In this document: piece after piece, positions 8,201 to 16,783 of the stretch
How positions within the stretch are numbered: position 1 is the first letter of the stretch
How the letters are laid out: every line of letters starts with the position of its first letter
Assembly (NCBI RefSeq): GCF_042679305.1
Contig: NZ_JBHTMP010000029.1
Coordinates: 24,267-56,266 of the forward strand
Direction of reading: 5' to 3'
DNA: 32,000 nucleotides
Origin: Micromonospora sonneratiae
Lineage (GTDB): Bacteria > Actinomycetota > Actinomycetes > Mycobacteriales > Micromonosporaceae
The notes under the pieces: model-generated
The model's database searches: none
What the model was told of the DNA's origin: nothing
Seen by the model: the letters and a program-made list of their open reading frames with translations, nothing else
Program-made: the position numbers and the translations under genes

Positions 8201-8830
8201 GTGGAAGCGGCGCTGGCGGATCAGTTCTACCGGTTGGCTTACAGCGATGTGACGGGTCGTCCTCGATTGGCTGGCCGGGCTGCTGGGCTGGGTTTGGCGG
8301 CTGCGTTGTTGGGTGAGCTGGTCTTCAGGGGCAACGTGTGGGTCAAGGGCCGGCGCTTGTCGATTCGGGCCTGTGGTACCCCTGCTGATGCCCTGGCCCA
8401 TGCGGTGTTCGACCAGCTCGTCGCCCGGCCGGAGTTGACCGATCTGCGTACCTGGGTGTTGTTCCTGGCCGGCAGTGCGCCTGAGGACGTGGCGCGGCGG
8501 TTGGCGCGCGGTGGACACCTGCGGCGGGAGCAGAAGCGCCGCCGGCTGCGGAGGGAAACAGTGTGGGTGCCGACGAACATGAATGTCGCCGCTACGCCGT
8601 GGGCGCTGTTGTCGGTGCGGTTGCGTCGCTTGGAGCTGTTGAGTCATGAGGACATGTTTCTGGCTGGCCTGTGTGTCGCGACAGGGTTGGACCGGTTGCT
8701 GTTCGACGGAGCGTCGCCGCAGGCACGTCGTTATCTGACCCAGGTGTCGGCGGGGCTGTGGCCGCCTGCGCTCGAGTTGGTGGACGTCACCTCGGCTTTG
8801 GTCGCTGATGCCATTCTCTCCGCCCGCTGA
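8201..8830 (+). CDS. GPP34/GOLPH3-like family protein (tentative)
   Basis: ORF 8099..8830. I prefer GTG 8201, preceded by GGAAGGGGGA. LADQFYRLAYSDVTGRPRL...GLGLAAALLGELVFRGNVWVKGRRL and DMFLAGLCVATGL resemble actinobacterial GPP34 proteins. The family call rests on motif recall only. Confidence 0.5.
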   Translation: MEAALADQFYRLAYSDVTGRPRLAGRAAGLGLAAALLGELVFRGNVWVKGRRLSIRACGTPADALAHAVFDQLVARPELTDLRTWVLFLAGSAPEDVARRLARGGHLRREQKRRRLRRETVWVPTNMNVAATPWALLSVRLRRLELLSHEDMFLAGLCVATGLDRLLFDGASPQARRYLTQVSAGLWPPALELVDVTSALVADAILSAR

Positions 8831-8883
8831 ATTCCCTACCGCCGAATCATCAAGGTGTGTCGATTATGTTGAGGGGGTTTTTG

Positions 8884-10413
8884 ATGTCTGTGCCCGTGCC
8901 GTCTGATCCGGTGGCGGCCACGCTCGCCGCGGGCCGGCTTGGTGTTCCTGCGGTCGTGTTCTTCGTGATGTCCGCCGCTACGCCGTTGACGGTGGTGGCG
9001 GGGGTGGTGACCACGGGCTACGCCACGACCGGCCTGACGGGTATCCCGGTCGCGTTTCTGCTGATCGGTGTGGTCCTGGCCGTGTTTGCCGTCGGCTACG
9101 TCGCGATGGCGAGGCGGATGGCCAACGCGGGTGCCTTCTACGCCTACATCGCTCGCGGGGTCGGACGCCCGGTCGGTGTCGGCGCGGCGTGGGTCGCTCT
9201 GGTCTCCTACAACGCTTTGCAGGTCGGTTTGTACGGAGCGATCGGGTCAGCGATCGGGCCGCTGATTGAGCAGTGGCTCGACGTCCGGGTGGCGTGGTGG
9301 CTGATCGCCCTCGCCGGGTGGGCGGTGACCGCTGTTCTCGGCCTGCTACGGGTGGACATCAACGGAACCGTGTTGGCAGTGCTGCTGTTGGCCGAGGTCG
9401 CCGTCATCGTCGTCTACAGTGTGGCCGACCTTGCTCATCCCGCCGCAGACGCGATCAGCACGTCGGCCCTGTCACCAGGCAACCTTGTCGGCCCGGGAGT
9501 GGGGGCGATCTTGGCCTTGGCGGTGCTGGGTTTTGTCGGGTTCGAGTCCGCCGTGGTGTTCTCCGAGGAGTCGAAAGATCCGCAGCGGACAGTGCCCACG
9601 GCTACCTACATCGCCGTGGGCGGAACGGCACTGTTGTACGCGTTCGCGTCGTGGGCGATGACCGTGGCCACCGGTCCGGACCAGATCGTCGCCCGCTCCC
9701 AGACTGATGGCCCCGAGCTGATTTTCAATCTCGCCGAGGGGCACCTCGGGCCGACGGTCGTCACCGTTGGGCACACCCTGTTCGCGACCAGCATCGTCGC
9801 GGCGATGATCTCGTTCCATAACACGACCGCCCGATACATGTTCGCTCTGGGCCGGGAACGGGTGCTGCCGGCTGTTATGGCGCGTACCACCCGCCGTGGG
9901 AACGCGCCCCGTAACGCCAGCCTCGTTCAGTCCGGCATCGGCTTCGCGGTGATCGCCGTGTACGCGTTTGGTGGCTGGGACCCCCTGGTGCATCTGTTCT
10001 TCTGGGGTGGCACCTCCGGCGGCCTCGGGGTGCTTCTCCTCATCACCGCCACCGCGGTTGCTGTCCCGGTCTTCTTCACCCGCCACCCCGGTGGTGAGAA
10101 CACCTGGCGACGTGTCACCGCCCCTGCGGTCGCCTTACTGGCCCTGGCCGTCGTGTTGTACCTGGCGGTACGCAACTTCGGCACCCTGCTCGGAGTTCCA
10201 CCCGGCCACTGGCTTGCCTGGGCTGTACCGGCGACGCTTGTCAGCATCGGCGTGGCGGGGACCGGTTGGGGTGTCGTCCTGCGCGCTACTCGGCCGAGTG
10301 TCTATGCCGCCATCGGCCTCGGTGCCAAAGCCACCGGTGTTGGCCCGGCCCCGGCACGTCGGACCCGCGTCTACCGCAGCGTCCCCGCCCGGCAGGAGGA
10401 GACCCTCCGATGA
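8884..10413 (+). CDS. APC-superfamily amino acid permease
   Basis: About 12 hydrophobic segments. The motif NAGAFYAYIARGVGRPVG is typical of APC permeases. ATG 8884 follows GAGGGGG (8871-8877); the ORF is open from 8857. Confidence 0.9.
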   Translation: MSVPVPSDPVAATLAAGRLGVPAVVFFVMSAATPLTVVAGVVTTGYATTGLTGIPVAFLLIGVVLAVFAVGYVAMARRMANAGAFYAYIARGVGRPVGVGAAWVALVSYNALQVGLYGAIGSAIGPLIEQWLDVRVAWWLIALAGWAVTAVLGLLRVDINGTVLAVLLLAEVAVIVVYSVADLAHPAADAISTSALSPGNLVGPGVGAILALAVLGFVGFESAVVFSEESKDPQRTVPTATYIAVGGTALLYAFASWAMTVATGPDQIVARSQTDGPELIFNLAEGHLGPTVVTVGHTLFATSIVAAMISFHNTTARYMFALGRERVLPAVMARTTRRGNAPRNASLVQSGIGFAVIAVYAFGGWDPLVHLFFWGGTSGGLGVLLLITATAVAVPVFFTRHPGGENTWRRVTAPAVALLALAVVLYLAVRNFGTLLGVPPGHWLAWAVPATLVSIGVAGTGWGVVLRATRPSVYAAIGLGAKATGVGPAPARRTRVYRSVPARQEETLR

Positions 10414-11060
10414 CCAGCAGGACTCCGCTACCGCCGATTGTCACCGCCGGCTGGGGCGACATCGACACCACCGCCACCCTGATCGCCGACGCCTTCTACG
10501 ACCTGCCCGCAGCCGCCTGGCTCGTCCCCGAACCCGACCAGCGAAGTAGCGCCCTTCGCGGCCAGTTCAAGGTCCTCATCGAGCACGCCCTCTTCTACGG
10601 CCACGTCGACCTGCTCGATGACCGGTCCGCCGTCGCGGTCTGGTTCCACCACCTTGGCCCCACGATCCCGCCCTACAACTACGACCAGCGTCTCCACGCC
10701 GCCTGCGGCAACCACGTCAACCGATTCCGGCACCTCGACACCCTGTTCGACACCCACCACCCCGCCGAACCGCACCACCACCTTGGCCTGCTCGCCGTTG
10801 CTCCGGCGGCCCAGGGCACCGGACGCGGCACCGCCCTGCTGACCCACCACCACCGGTATCTCGACCAAGTCGACATCCCCGCCTACCTGGAGGCGAGCAG
10901 CCCCCGCAGCCGTGACCTTTACAGCCGCCACGGCTACCACCCACGCAGGGTGTTCACCCTTCCCGACAACACCCCGTTCTGGCCCATGTGGCGGCACCCC
11001 ACCACCCCGTCAACCCACATTCCCCAACCGCCAGGACCCCGATCCCGGCGAGTTCCCTAG
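10410..11060 (+). CDS. GNAT-family N-acetyltransferase
   Basis: ATG 10410 overlaps the permease TGA (ATGA), with GGAGGAG 8 nt upstream. Acetyl-CoA motif LGLLAVAPAAQGTGRGTALL, then PAYLEASSPRSRDLYSRHGY. Confidence 0.8.
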   Translation: MTSRTPLPPIVTAGWGDIDTTATLIADAFYDLPAAAWLVPEPDQRSSALRGQFKVLIEHALFYGHVDLLDDRSAVAVWFHHLGPTIPPYNYDQRLHAACGNHVNRFRHLDTLFDTHHPAEPHHHLGLLAVAPAAQGTGRGTALLTHHHRYLDQVDIPAYLEASSPRSRDLYSRHGYHPRRVFTLPDNTPFWPMWRHPTTPSTHIPQPPGPRSRRVP

Positions 11061-11062
11061 CC

Positions 11063-11113
11063 GGCGCCGGTGCCCGGGAACCGATCCCCCCATCCCACCC
11101 GGGCACCGGCGCC
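11063..11113 (+). terminator. Perfect 16-bp inverted repeat (stem-loop) immediately after the GNAT stop
   Basis: GGCGCCGGTGCCCGGG (11063-11078) and CCCGGGCACCGGCGCC (11098-11113) are exact reverse complements with a 19-nt loop. No T-tract follows, as is common for actinobacterial terminators. Confidence 0.45.
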
Positions 11114-11230
11114 CCTTCCCGATGTTGACCCAGCCGTTGTCGCCCAGCCGTAGCCATCACATCCGGCCAACAGCGACCCAGCAGGCCCAAACTCACAGTC
11201 AGCAACTACCAACCCGTGTAAGGAAACAGT

Positions 11231-11623
11231 GTGACGTCGACTCTGGACACCACCACGGTGCCCGACAGCGGTGCGATTCGGGTGATCCTCTCCGAGGTAG
11301 ACGTGGCGCGAATCTGCCACGAGGCGATCCGCGCACTGCAAACCGCGACCGGAGACAACGCCGTGCCCGGATGGGATGACGCCTCGGCCTCGCACCGCGA
11401 ATCGACGATTCGCACCGTCCGGGCGGTCCGCCAAGGAATGACCTGCGAGCAGATACACCAGGACTGGTGCAGGCGGATGCGCGCAGACAAGTGGACCTAC
11501 GGACCGGAGAAGAGCTACGAGTCGAGGACACACCCCTGCCTGGTCGGATACCAGGACCTGCCGAAACACGAGAAGGCCAAAGATGAACTGTTCCGGGTTA
11601 TCGTCCTCACGCTGGATCGATAG
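11231..11623 (+). CDS. RyR (ryanodine-receptor repeat) domain protein
   Basis: 130 aa with a GTG start after AAGGAAA. IHQDWCRRMRADKWTYGPEKSYESRTHPCLVGYQDLPKHEKAKDELFRVIV matches the RyR-domain signature W....GW.YG......K.HP.LV.Y..LP..EK.KD. Confidence 0.8.
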   Translation: MTSTLDTTTVPDSGAIRVILSEVDVARICHEAIRALQTATGDNAVPGWDDASASHRESTIRTVRAVRQGMTCEQIHQDWCRRMRADKWTYGPEKSYESRTHPCLVGYQDLPKHEKAKDELFRVIVLTLDR

Positions 11624-11977
11624 CCACAGGCGAGTCCTTGGCAGAGGTGCGACGCCCCGAAAAGCCTCCACCGAACCCGGAGTGGGCTAACAGTTGTACC
11701 CAACTGCCCGGGTGAACATGCGGGACGAGCCTACAAACCTCTGCGGCGGCAGCCGGAACTGGTGTGTTCACCTGACAGCGTCGCCTCCGCCGTTCGCCGT
11801 CCATGCAGCACGTCTGCCACATGTGGGCGACCCGGCAGCTACAAGCCGCTGAGGCCCACTCTGCACACAACCACCACGTCAGCCCCACCGCTTACCGGGG
11901 CCGCGCCTATCCCCGCGGTCCTGTCCCCAACCGCACCAGCCCATCGAAGACACTGACATGAAAGGCCGAAGACACAC

Positions 11978-14131
11978 ATGGACGTCCCCGATACGGCCGG
12001 CCCGCCGATCGTGGTGTGCCCCGACTGTCAGGGGCTCACCTTCGTAGTGAGGTCGTGCCACTGCCGCCACGGCGGTGACCAGTTCCTCATCGACGGGTCC
12101 CAGCCCTTCGGCGTCGACCGGGGCCCCTACCGTGACTGCGAGGTCTGCGACGGCGTCGGCAGCGTCAGCGAAGGTTGCCACCGCTGCGGCGGCAGCGGTG
12201 TATGCCGAGCGCAACTCGTCCTCACCGTAGCCAACATCGACTCGGGCCAGGTGGCCTCGGTCGACATCCTGCCCGGCATGCTCGCTCCTCGGCCGCTACC
12301 CAACGGCAGGTACGCCGCCGACCTGATGCCCGTGGTCCGTGGACTTGCCGGCAAAGTCGCCGCAGCCGAGGTCTTCGAGTCGATGATGCCGCAGACCCCC
12401 GTCACCGCGGACAGTGAACTGTTGGTCTTCATGCCACCGCAGTGGCACCCAGACCTACCCGAAACCGTTCGAGCGCTGCTCGGAGCCGTCGCGGTCGCCG
12501 ACGCCGCCCAGTACCGGCCCTGGCAGATCTACCTCGGACGCACCGGACCCGCATCACCAAACCTCAACCAACTGCTCACCGGTTTGTGCGCGGTAGCCGA
12601 CCAGGTCTGCCTAGACCTCGTCGTCGACCACCGGCGTGACACCTACGGAGATCCCGACAATCCGCTGCTGTGGTGGGGAATACGCTACGAGGCCCCAGAA
12701 TCAGCGGTGCCAGCCGACAGCCCGACCCACTGCAGCCTCCAGGAAGCGCTCACACATACCAACCCCGCTGAAGCCATCAGATCAGGCATCGGCATCGGTC
12801 GCAGACAGTCACCGGGATCCCGTCGCCATACCGCACCAGCGCACTGGGTCAACCCACCCCTGGCCGCCGCAGACCCGCCGCAGACCGTCGACTGGACCGA
12901 GGTTGCCCGACAGGTCACACAGGCCTGCGGAACCGGGCCCGGCGCGGTCGCCATCTGGCGTAACCGCCGCTGGCACTACAGCCCACTAGCCGAAACCGGC
13001 GTGACCGAAATCCTCAACCCGCAGGCCACCGGCCAGGTCACCGTACACACCGTGCCGATCCTGACACGAGCCCTGGAACCACCGCCGCCGACCTACTGGG
13101 GCCAGCCAATCCCGTCCCGCCGCTGTCCAGACTGCGCCAGCGGCACAGCGTGGAACCGATGCGGATGCGCCATCAACCTGCACGACGACCGCCCCGACCC
13201 AGACTGCGAGCTATGCAGCGGCACCGGCATACACGCACACCACTCCTGCATGACCTGCAGGGACATCACCCACATCCGCGCCGGAGTAGTTGTCACCCTC
13301 ACCGACCTGAACCAGCAGACCCTGCACATCAACTGGCGACCCGACGACAAGCCGACCACCCACCTGGTGGCGACCACCCCAGCAGGCACACCCGTTCTAC
13401 AACTCTCAGACGACTACCAGATCGCGAAGTGGACCCAACTGCTCGACACACCCAACACATCACTGATCGACCTGGCCACCGGCCTGGAACTCGACTCCAC
13501 GCTACGCGACGCACTGGTGATCACATCCGACCCGGCAGCCGACCCCGCCATCCAACACCTCCACCAAGCCAGTCGCGGCCGACCAGGAGCACGCCTGCTC
13601 GTACACACCAGCCAACCACCAAACCCCTCCACCGACCTACTCCAACTCCTCCGGCTCATCCTCGGCCTCGGCCTCACCGCCGAAATCACCGCAGAAAGCC
13701 ACCGGCACCGCGCCGGCGAGCCACTGTCCGTCCAAGGCGAACGCTGGCTCCTCAACGCCGTCCCACCCGGCACCCCCGTCAACGAGGTACAAACACCGAT
13801 CCACACCACGCTGCATCAAGCCACCAGCAACCTGAACAAGTACCTACCCACACTCCTTCACCAACTCGCGTCCGCCATGCCGCACCAGCCGCTGGCCGTC
13901 CCACAACAACCCACACCAGCAAACGTCGAAGTCGACAACCCAGAGACACTTATGCGCCGCCTCGCCGACCACTACCAAAACCACGCCGTCATGGCCCGCA
14001 TCGAGCACCACCGCTGCCGCATCTACGCCGGTGGCTTCGAGTACGCACAACTGGTCGCCACCGCACCCACCCTGCCCACAGCAGTCCGCGCGCTACTCGG
14101 CACCACCACCACAGGTGGCGAAAGCCCATAA
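11978..14131 (+). CDS. Large hypothetical protein with two DnaJ-CR-like zinc-finger clusters
   Basis: 717 aa with consistent high-GC3 codon usage. Cluster 1 (aa 14-76, nt 12017-12205): CPDCQG, CHC, CEVCDGVG, CHRCGGSG. Cluster 2 (aa 383-427, nt 13124-13258): CPDCASG, CGC, CELCSGTG, CMTC. No enzymatic motif recognised. Confidence 0.8.
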   Translation: MDVPDTAGPPIVVCPDCQGLTFVVRSCHCRHGGDQFLIDGSQPFGVDRGPYRDCEVCDGVGSVSEGCHRCGGSGVCRAQLVLTVANIDSGQVASVDILPGMLAPRPLPNGRYAADLMPVVRGLAGKVAAAEVFESMMPQTPVTADSELLVFMPPQWHPDLPETVRALLGAVAVADAAQYRPWQIYLGRTGPASPNLNQLLTGLCAVADQVCLDLVVDHRRDTYGDPDNPLLWWGIRYEAPESAVPADSPTHCSLQEALTHTNPAEAIRSGIGIGRRQSPGSRRHTAPAHWVNPPLAAADPPQTVDWTEVARQVTQACGTGPGAVAIWRNRRWHYSPLAETGVTEILNPQATGQVTVHTVPILTRALEPPPPTYWGQPIPSRRCPDCASGTAWNRCGCAINLHDDRPDPDCELCSGTGIHAHHSCMTCRDITHIRAGVVVTLTDLNQQTLHINWRPDDKPTTHLVATTPAGTPVLQLSDDYQIAKWTQLLDTPNTSLIDLATGLELDSTLRDALVITSDPAADPAIQHLHQASRGRPGARLLVHTSQPPNPSTDLLQLLRLILGLGLTAEITAESHRHRAGEPLSVQGERWLLNAVPPGTPVNEVQTPIHTTLHQATSNLNKYLPTLLHQLASAMPHQPLAVPQQPTPANVEVDNPETLMRRLADHYQNHAVMARIEHHRCRIYAGGFEYAQLVATAPTLPTAVRALLGTTTTGGESP

Positions 14132-14165
14132 CTGCACACCCGCTGGCCGGCCGCCAAGGAAAACA

Positions 14166-14187
14166 GAGGACATAACCCTGTGTCCTC
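14166..14187 (+). terminator. 7-bp hairpin 35 nt after the 717-aa gene
   Basis: GAGGACA (14166-14172), 8-nt loop, TGTCCTC (14181-14187). No T-tract. Confidence 0.3.
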
Positions 14188-14370
14188 ACGAAACACTCGA
14201 TCCGCCGCCGAAGTGTTGATACCGGCAGCGCCGTACGGGTTGGTCGTTGACAGAACAGGATGCGAACCGGGCGGAATGCAGACGTCAGTAAAAACAGGCC
14301 TAGCGAGATAAGCGTGCTCGAGATGTGAAGGGCTTCTTGCTTCCCGTACTGCGCATAGCACGCGGACTGA

Positions 14371-14391
14371 CGCCCGCAGGGGCGGCTTTTT
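14371..14391 (+). terminator. Intrinsic-terminator-like hairpin with T-run
   Basis: CGCCC-GCAG-GGGCG followed by GCTTTTT (T-run 14387-14391). Plus-strand polarity only. The stem is short at 5 bp. Confidence 0.35.
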
Positions 14392-14500
14392 CAACATTCG
14401 TCCACTGTTGTCTACGTCTAGCCGGGAGATCGCCCTTCGAAGACATCGGACGCATCGGGCGCATATCCCTGGTCGGAACTTTCATCCGAGGAAGTTGGAG

Positions 14501-14683
14501 ATGGCAGAAGCTCTCACCGTTGCTGTCGGCACACTGTTCCTGGTCGCAGCGCTGATAAAGGCCGGAGCATCCGCAGAAACGTGGTTCCTGATCCGACTCC
14601 GCCTGAGTCGGTTGCTCACCGCCGCCGTGGTGCTGCTTGTGATGGGATTCGTGTTTATCCACCTATTGAGAAGCGAAAAATGA
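14501..14683 (+). CDS. Small two-helix membrane protein (60 aa), hypothetical
   Basis: Internal ATG 14501 of ORF 14408..14683, preceded by GAGGAAG with 6-nt spacing. MAEALTVAVGTLFLVAALIKAGASAETWFLIRLRLSRLLTAAVVLLVMGFVFIHLLRSEK has two hydrophobic spans separated by an Arg-rich loop. Lies in low-GC DNA. Confidence 0.4.
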   Translation: MAEALTVAVGTLFLVAALIKAGASAETWFLIRLRLSRLLTAAVVLLVMGFVFIHLLRSEK

Positions 14684-14997
14684 TGGAGAACATAATAGGG
14701 TCGCGTTTGTCCGAACAGAGCTACCAGCCGGCCCCCTTCCGGTTTAGCTGACACGAGTTGGCTAGCGTTCGCAACAAGCACACGGGACGGATAGCAGCGG
14801 TATGTGCCCCAGGTGCAACACGCCGCGACTTACTCACCTAACGCCAAGGTACATTGCAGTGCGAGTCGTGCGGTAATCGCAGCAGCCACCACCTGGGACG
14901 CTGCGTAGTAGCTCCAGGCCGCTACCACCTCAGTCAGGAACGCGGTCGAGAGCCTCCGAACCGCGCCCCGCCCGATAGAGGCTGCCATTGAGGCTGA

Positions 14998-15591
14998 GTG
15001 TTTGAGAAAGGAACAACAGCGGCAGAAATGACCATGCTTCCCGACATCAAAACTCCAAAAGATTTGGAAGAGCTGCAGCGACTCGCCAGGGGCGAGCGTG
15101 ACCGTACACCCGTGCCGATAGGAATCCGCACGATTTCAAATCCGCAACCGCCCAAAGGCAGCGCTACCGTCATTAAAAGCGTTGACCATCTACTCCTCCG
15201 CGCAATGCGGTCGGAGAACGGTCAGACACGAAGGGTCGCCGAGCGAATACAAAACCTCGCCACCGAACTGAACCGACGAGTTCAGGCCGAAGAGAATACG
15301 CGGCGGCAGCGATTGGAGGACGAAGTCGCCGAACTAGAAATGCAGCTAGCCATGGCCCGCGCCAAACTGCGTTCGCTGGACCGAGCCGCGACCACCTCGA
15401 TATCCGTCCCACTCCGTTCAGACGGCACGAAAAGCGCTGTCGACGCAGCCGCCGTACGGCTCTGGGCCGCCAACAACGGCTACGTAGTGAAACCCACCGG
15501 ACGTGTCCCGACAGTAGTCATCGACGCCTGGCGTGCAGCGAACATTCAAGTCGAAACCACGGAAGACGATCGAATGACGCGATCCCAGTAG
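14998..15591 (+). CDS. Lsr2-like nucleoid-associated protein (Lsr2-type C-terminal DNA-binding domain, divergent coiled-coil N-terminus)
   Basis: The C-terminus AAAVRLWAANNGYVVKPTGRVPTVVIDAWRAAN parallels the Lsr2 DNA-binding domain ([29 protein letters not shown]). The central region is heptad-like (RRQRLEDEVAELEMQLAMARAKLRSL). Start uncertain: GTG 14998 after GAGG, or ATG 15028 after AAAGGA. Confidence 0.7.
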   Translation: MFEKGTTAAEMTMLPDIKTPKDLEELQRLARGERDRTPVPIGIRTISNPQPPKGSATVIKSVDHLLLRAMRSENGQTRRVAERIQNLATELNRRVQAEENTRRQRLEDEVAELEMQLAMARAKLRSLDRAATTSISVPLRSDGTKSAVDAAAVRLWAANNGYVVKPTGRVPTVVIDAWRAANIQVETTEDDRMTRSQ

Positions 15592-15979
15592 GGAATGGCG
15601 GCAAAACTGACAAAGCTGGAGACCAAACAAGGCGGTAACTGATCACTCTGCCCGTCGCAACGCGTCCATCGGTGCTGCCCGAACCGAAAGGTCCGCATGA
15701 CAGCCTAGAAAACTCCTGGAGGCCCCGTGATTCCCCGATGCTGCTGCTGCGCGACTTCCACGGTGACGCCTGCGAGTTGACCGACCCAGGGCGGGCCGGA
15801 AGCTGCCTCGACACACAGATCGAGACGATCATGCTGCACGGTTGACCGCGGGCAAACGATCGCGATCGACTCTGATAGCCACGCCGTGCTATTGATCGAC
15901 GTGGACGCCCATGTCGACCACGCGTTGGTGCGGCCGCTTCCGGCACTGCCGCTGGCACGTACGCCAGCACGGGCTCTAA

Positions 15980-16333
15980 CTACTGACTCCGGCTACCGTT
16001 GCTCGAGGTTGCCGGCTTTTGGTCGGTGCGGTAGGACTCGCTCCAGCGCTGCAGGTCCGCGAGGAAGGCCATGAGGAGCGGTAGCAGGTGCATGCCGGCT
16101 GGCGTGAGTTGATACAGCGCGCCGTCGGGTCCGCCCGGTCGGCAGATGAGTCCTTGGTCGTGTAGCCGGCGTAGGGCTTCGACCAGTGACTTCGAACTGG
16201 GTGTTGGTTGGATGGCTCGGAGTAGATCGGTAAAGCGCATTGGCTGCTGTTGCTGCAGCGCCGTCATGATCTCCAGGGTCCAGCGGCGCCCGCAGAGATT
16301 GATCGCATCGTAGTAGGTCTGGAAGATGTTCAC
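15980..16333 (-). CDS. HxlR-family winged-helix transcriptional regulator
   Basis: 117 aa. LCGRRWTLEIMTALQQQQPMRFTDLLRAI...SSKSLVEALRRLHDQGLICR...YQLTPAG is the HxlR signature. Confidence 0.85.
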   Translation of the reverse strand: MNIFQTYYDAINLCGRRWTLEIMTALQQQQPMRFTDLLRAIQPTPSSKSLVEALRRLHDQGLICRPGGPDGALYQLTPAGMHLLPLLMAFLADLQRWSESYRTDQKPATSSNGSRSQ

Positions 16334-16432
16334 CCTGCCTTCCCCCCAAGGTCGGCTACTTCGGAGAGTGTAGGGGGCGAGCGCACTACGTGAATACCCA
16401 CTTCACGCATCGTCCGGGATGATCGCCCGAAT

Positions 16433-16783
16433 CTAGTGGGGTGCCTGTATTTGTGGGGAAGAATGTGACTTTGTGGCGGCGTATCCCTTGGCGAGGGCGG
16501 TGAGCGAGTTCGCCAGGGCGTATCCGAGAGACGAGAGTTGGTAGGTCGCCGAGGGGTTGGCTGTGTCCCAACTGCCGGAAGAGTCGCGTTGGAGGAGTCC
16601 GACTGCCGCCAACCAGTTCAGATCTTCGTCCAGGATGCCGCCATCATGTGCGCCTTTGGTTAGCTGGCTCAGGGTTGCCCGGTCGATGTTACGTAGCGTT
16701 ACAAGAGCCGCGACCGCGCCCGACCTCCTGCCGAGTTCCCTAGCAAGGTCATGTGGTTGAGGAACCTTGGAATCGGCGCTCAT
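16433..16783 (-). CDS. Winged-helix DNA-binding protein, HxlR/MarR-like (tentative)
   Basis: I prefer ATG 16783 (M9 of the track ORF), preceded by AAGGAG with 9-nt spacing. ATLSQLTK...ILDEDLNWLAAVGLLQR...ATYQLSSLGYALANSL has a helix-turn-helix plus wing layout resembling the neighbouring HxlR protein. Confidence 0.45.
   Translation of the reverse strand: MSADSKVPQPHDLARELGRRSGAVAALVTLRNIDRATLSQLTKGAHDGGILDEDLNWLAAVGLLQRDSSGSWDTANPSATYQLSSLGYALANSLTALAKGYAATKSHSSPQIQAPH

Noticed and set aside
11711-11772. 8-bp inverted repeat GGTGAACA ... TGTTCACC upstream of the zinc-finger gene, considered as an operator
   Set aside because: The arms are short with a 46-nt spacer, so chance occurrence is plausible. 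It is not supported by any second copy.
13150-14175. 341-aa plus-strand ORF overlapping the zinc-finger gene in another frame
   Set aside because: It is Arg/Pro/His/Thr-rich low-complexity sequence. It stays open only because this C-rich, T-poor stretch lacks stop codons in all forward frames. The 11978..14131 frame has the coherent protein sequence and codon bias.
14241-14274. tRNA 3'-end-like motif on the minus strand (GGTTCGCATCC ... ACCA) at the block/island boundary, considered as an att remnant
   Set aside because: The T-stem pairs at only 3 of 5 positions. No acceptor-stem partner or CCA is in register, and I found no matching direct repeat elsewhere in the window. No integrase is nearby.
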